This document shows positions 23,787 through 24,634 of a stretch of DNA of 24,634 bases, one piece after another. A program made the position numbers and the translations under genes. The DNA comes from a virus (taxonomy: Duplodnaviria; Caudoviricetes), in IMG/VR virus record IMGVR_UViG_3300044267_004589, positions 1 to 24,634 of that record; one strand, given 5' to 3'. Within the stretch, counting starts at the first letter, position 1; each line of letters begins with the position of its first letter. The notes under the pieces were generated by a model. It saw only the letters and a program-made list of their open reading frames with translations, was not told the origin of the DNA and ran no database searches.

Positions 23787-23955
23787 TTACTACCTCCAAC
23801 CACCTTTCGGGCTCCCATTCAACCTTACCGGGCTTCGGAAGCCATCTTATACCTACCTGCGCGGACTTATGCAGATCGCTGCGGTGAATGTCAACCACAA
23901 CCCCAACAAGCCCTGTATCATAATCTCTCATTTTGACCAAATCTCCGATGTTCAC
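23773..23955 (-). CDS. VGDLV array member 4
   Basis: GTGA overlap; MNIGDLVKM...VGVVVD...VGIRW...WLEVVSEGR. Confidence 0.8.
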   Translation of the reverse strand: MNIGDLVKMRDYDTGLVGVVVDIHRSDLHKSAQVGIRWLPKPGKVEWEPERWLEVVSEGR

Positions 23956-24152
23956 GATATGACCCAAAAGTTTGTAGCATCAGCTTCAAAGCGCGATGCA
24001 TCTGATATACATTGAACAAGGGCATCATCGTCACCATATAGGGTCTTTGTCATCTTGAGGACAAGAAAGACTGCATCTGTCAGAATAGGGGTATTCGTAC
24101 CCGTTCCATCGCAGTCGTCAATAATAAGTTTAACTAAGTCACCGACCCTCAT
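23952..24152 (-). CDS. VGDLV array member 3
   Basis: MRVGDLVKL...VFLVLK. Confidence 0.8.
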   Translation of the reverse strand: MRVGDLVKLIIDDCDGTGTNTPILTDAVFLVLKMTKTLYGDDDALVQCISDASRFEADATNFWVIS

Positions 24153-24313
24153 GCGCTCACCAAAACTTTAACGTCCTGATGAAGTGCGAGGATATTGCGA
24201 GGATGATTTTGTGGCTTGATGTGAACCCCATCCTTCGTGATATTAACAACAACACCCAGCTTCTCGCCGTAGTATTTTGTACGAACTCTAACTAAATCTC
24301 CTACTTTAACCAC
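24149..24313 (-). CDS. VGDLV array member 2, 54 aa (MVKVGDLVRVRTKYYGEKLGVVVNI...VKVLVSA)
   Basis: Hand-translated; GTG start after GGAGG; KOW-like. Confidence 0.8.
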   Translation of the reverse strand: MVKVGDLVRVRTKYYGEKLGVVVNITKDGVHIKPQNHPRNILALHQDVKVLVSA

Positions 24314-24494
24314 TTACAACCTCCATATCCTTAGCCTCAACCCATCCAGTATCGCGGCGGTGTGGCCAGTATACTTGAGCAAGTGGTTGATCCTCGTAGG
24401 CACCCTCGCGCAGCTTGATAACAATACCGATGCGAGCGCGAGCGTGTGACCCCACGGCGTATCGGCTTCTTATAATGTTTCCGACTTCAATCAT
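24306..24494 (-). CDS. VGDLV array member 1
   Basis: MIEVGNIIRS...IGIVIK...AQVYW...DMEVVS. Confidence 0.8.
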   Translation of the reverse strand: MIEVGNIIRSRYAVGSHARARIGIVIKLREGAYEDQPLAQVYWPHRRDTGWVEAKDMEVVSG

Positions 24495-24570
24495 CTGTTT
24501 TCTCCTTACTCAAATAATATAAGACCGCGCAGCGGTTACGGCAACTTTTTTCTTGTCAAGTAAATGTCAA
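24495..24570 (-). promoter_or_regulatory. Early promoter cassette P14
   Basis: Boxes 24565 and 24554, -35 TTGCCG 24539-44, -10 24516-21, TAAGGAG. Confidence 0.85.
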
Positions 24571-24634
24571 GCACTTTTCTTTCTTGGCTTGCGGTAAAGT
24601 TTAATGTACCTTTCCTCAGTTACAATAGGCGTTG

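Noticed and set aside
21912-24494. Diversity-generating retroelement as the source of paralog diversity
   Set aside because: No reverse transcriptase in the window and no template/variable repeat pair differing at adenines
14468-24570. CRISPR array or integron attC interpretation of the recurring repeats
   Set aside because: Spacing is irregular (about 0.2-1.6 kb), intervening DNA is coding, the repeats are direct promoter elements without attC-style inverted cores, and no cas or integrase gene is in the window
1-24634. Stop-codon reassignment as the cause of the many short ORFs
   Set aside because: Long enzymes are intact in the standard code, TAA, TGA and TAG all end genes, and the short ORFs have their own starts in different frames

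Overview
This is a fragment of a large lytic dsDNA tailed-phage genome; every credible gene is on the minus strand. The left part (1 to about 12.5 kb) is AT-rich and looks like a late region. It has a recurring CTATTTA promoter-like motif. It also has a cluster of unrelated proteins (HAD phosphatase, ADP-ribosyltransferase, Nudix hydrolase, HExxH metallopeptidases and others) that carry an MKLLLENWRK[F/Y]-[I/L]xE-type leader resembling a capsid-targeting propeptide, plus a secreted trypsin-like protease. A largely non-coding junction (about 12.54-13.1 kb) holds a G/C inverted repeat, eight phased TGTCA boxes and two perfect IHF-consensus sites, and is a candidate terminus, pac site or origin. 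The right part (about 13.3-24.6 kb) is more GC-rich and looks like an early or host-takeover region. It is built from 14 copies of a ~80-bp cassette: two TGACA-type boxes, -35, -10 and usually an RBS, with invariant 11- and 15-bp box spacing. These cassettes precede short genes, a MoxR AAA+/VWA-metallopeptidase pair, zinc-finger proteins and a tRNA-Leu(UAA). About 27 divergent small 'VGDLV' SH3/KOW-like genes occur in the window, 14 of them in one uninterrupted array linked by a conserved dual-coding junction. Functional assignments rest on motifs read by eye; no database searches were run.
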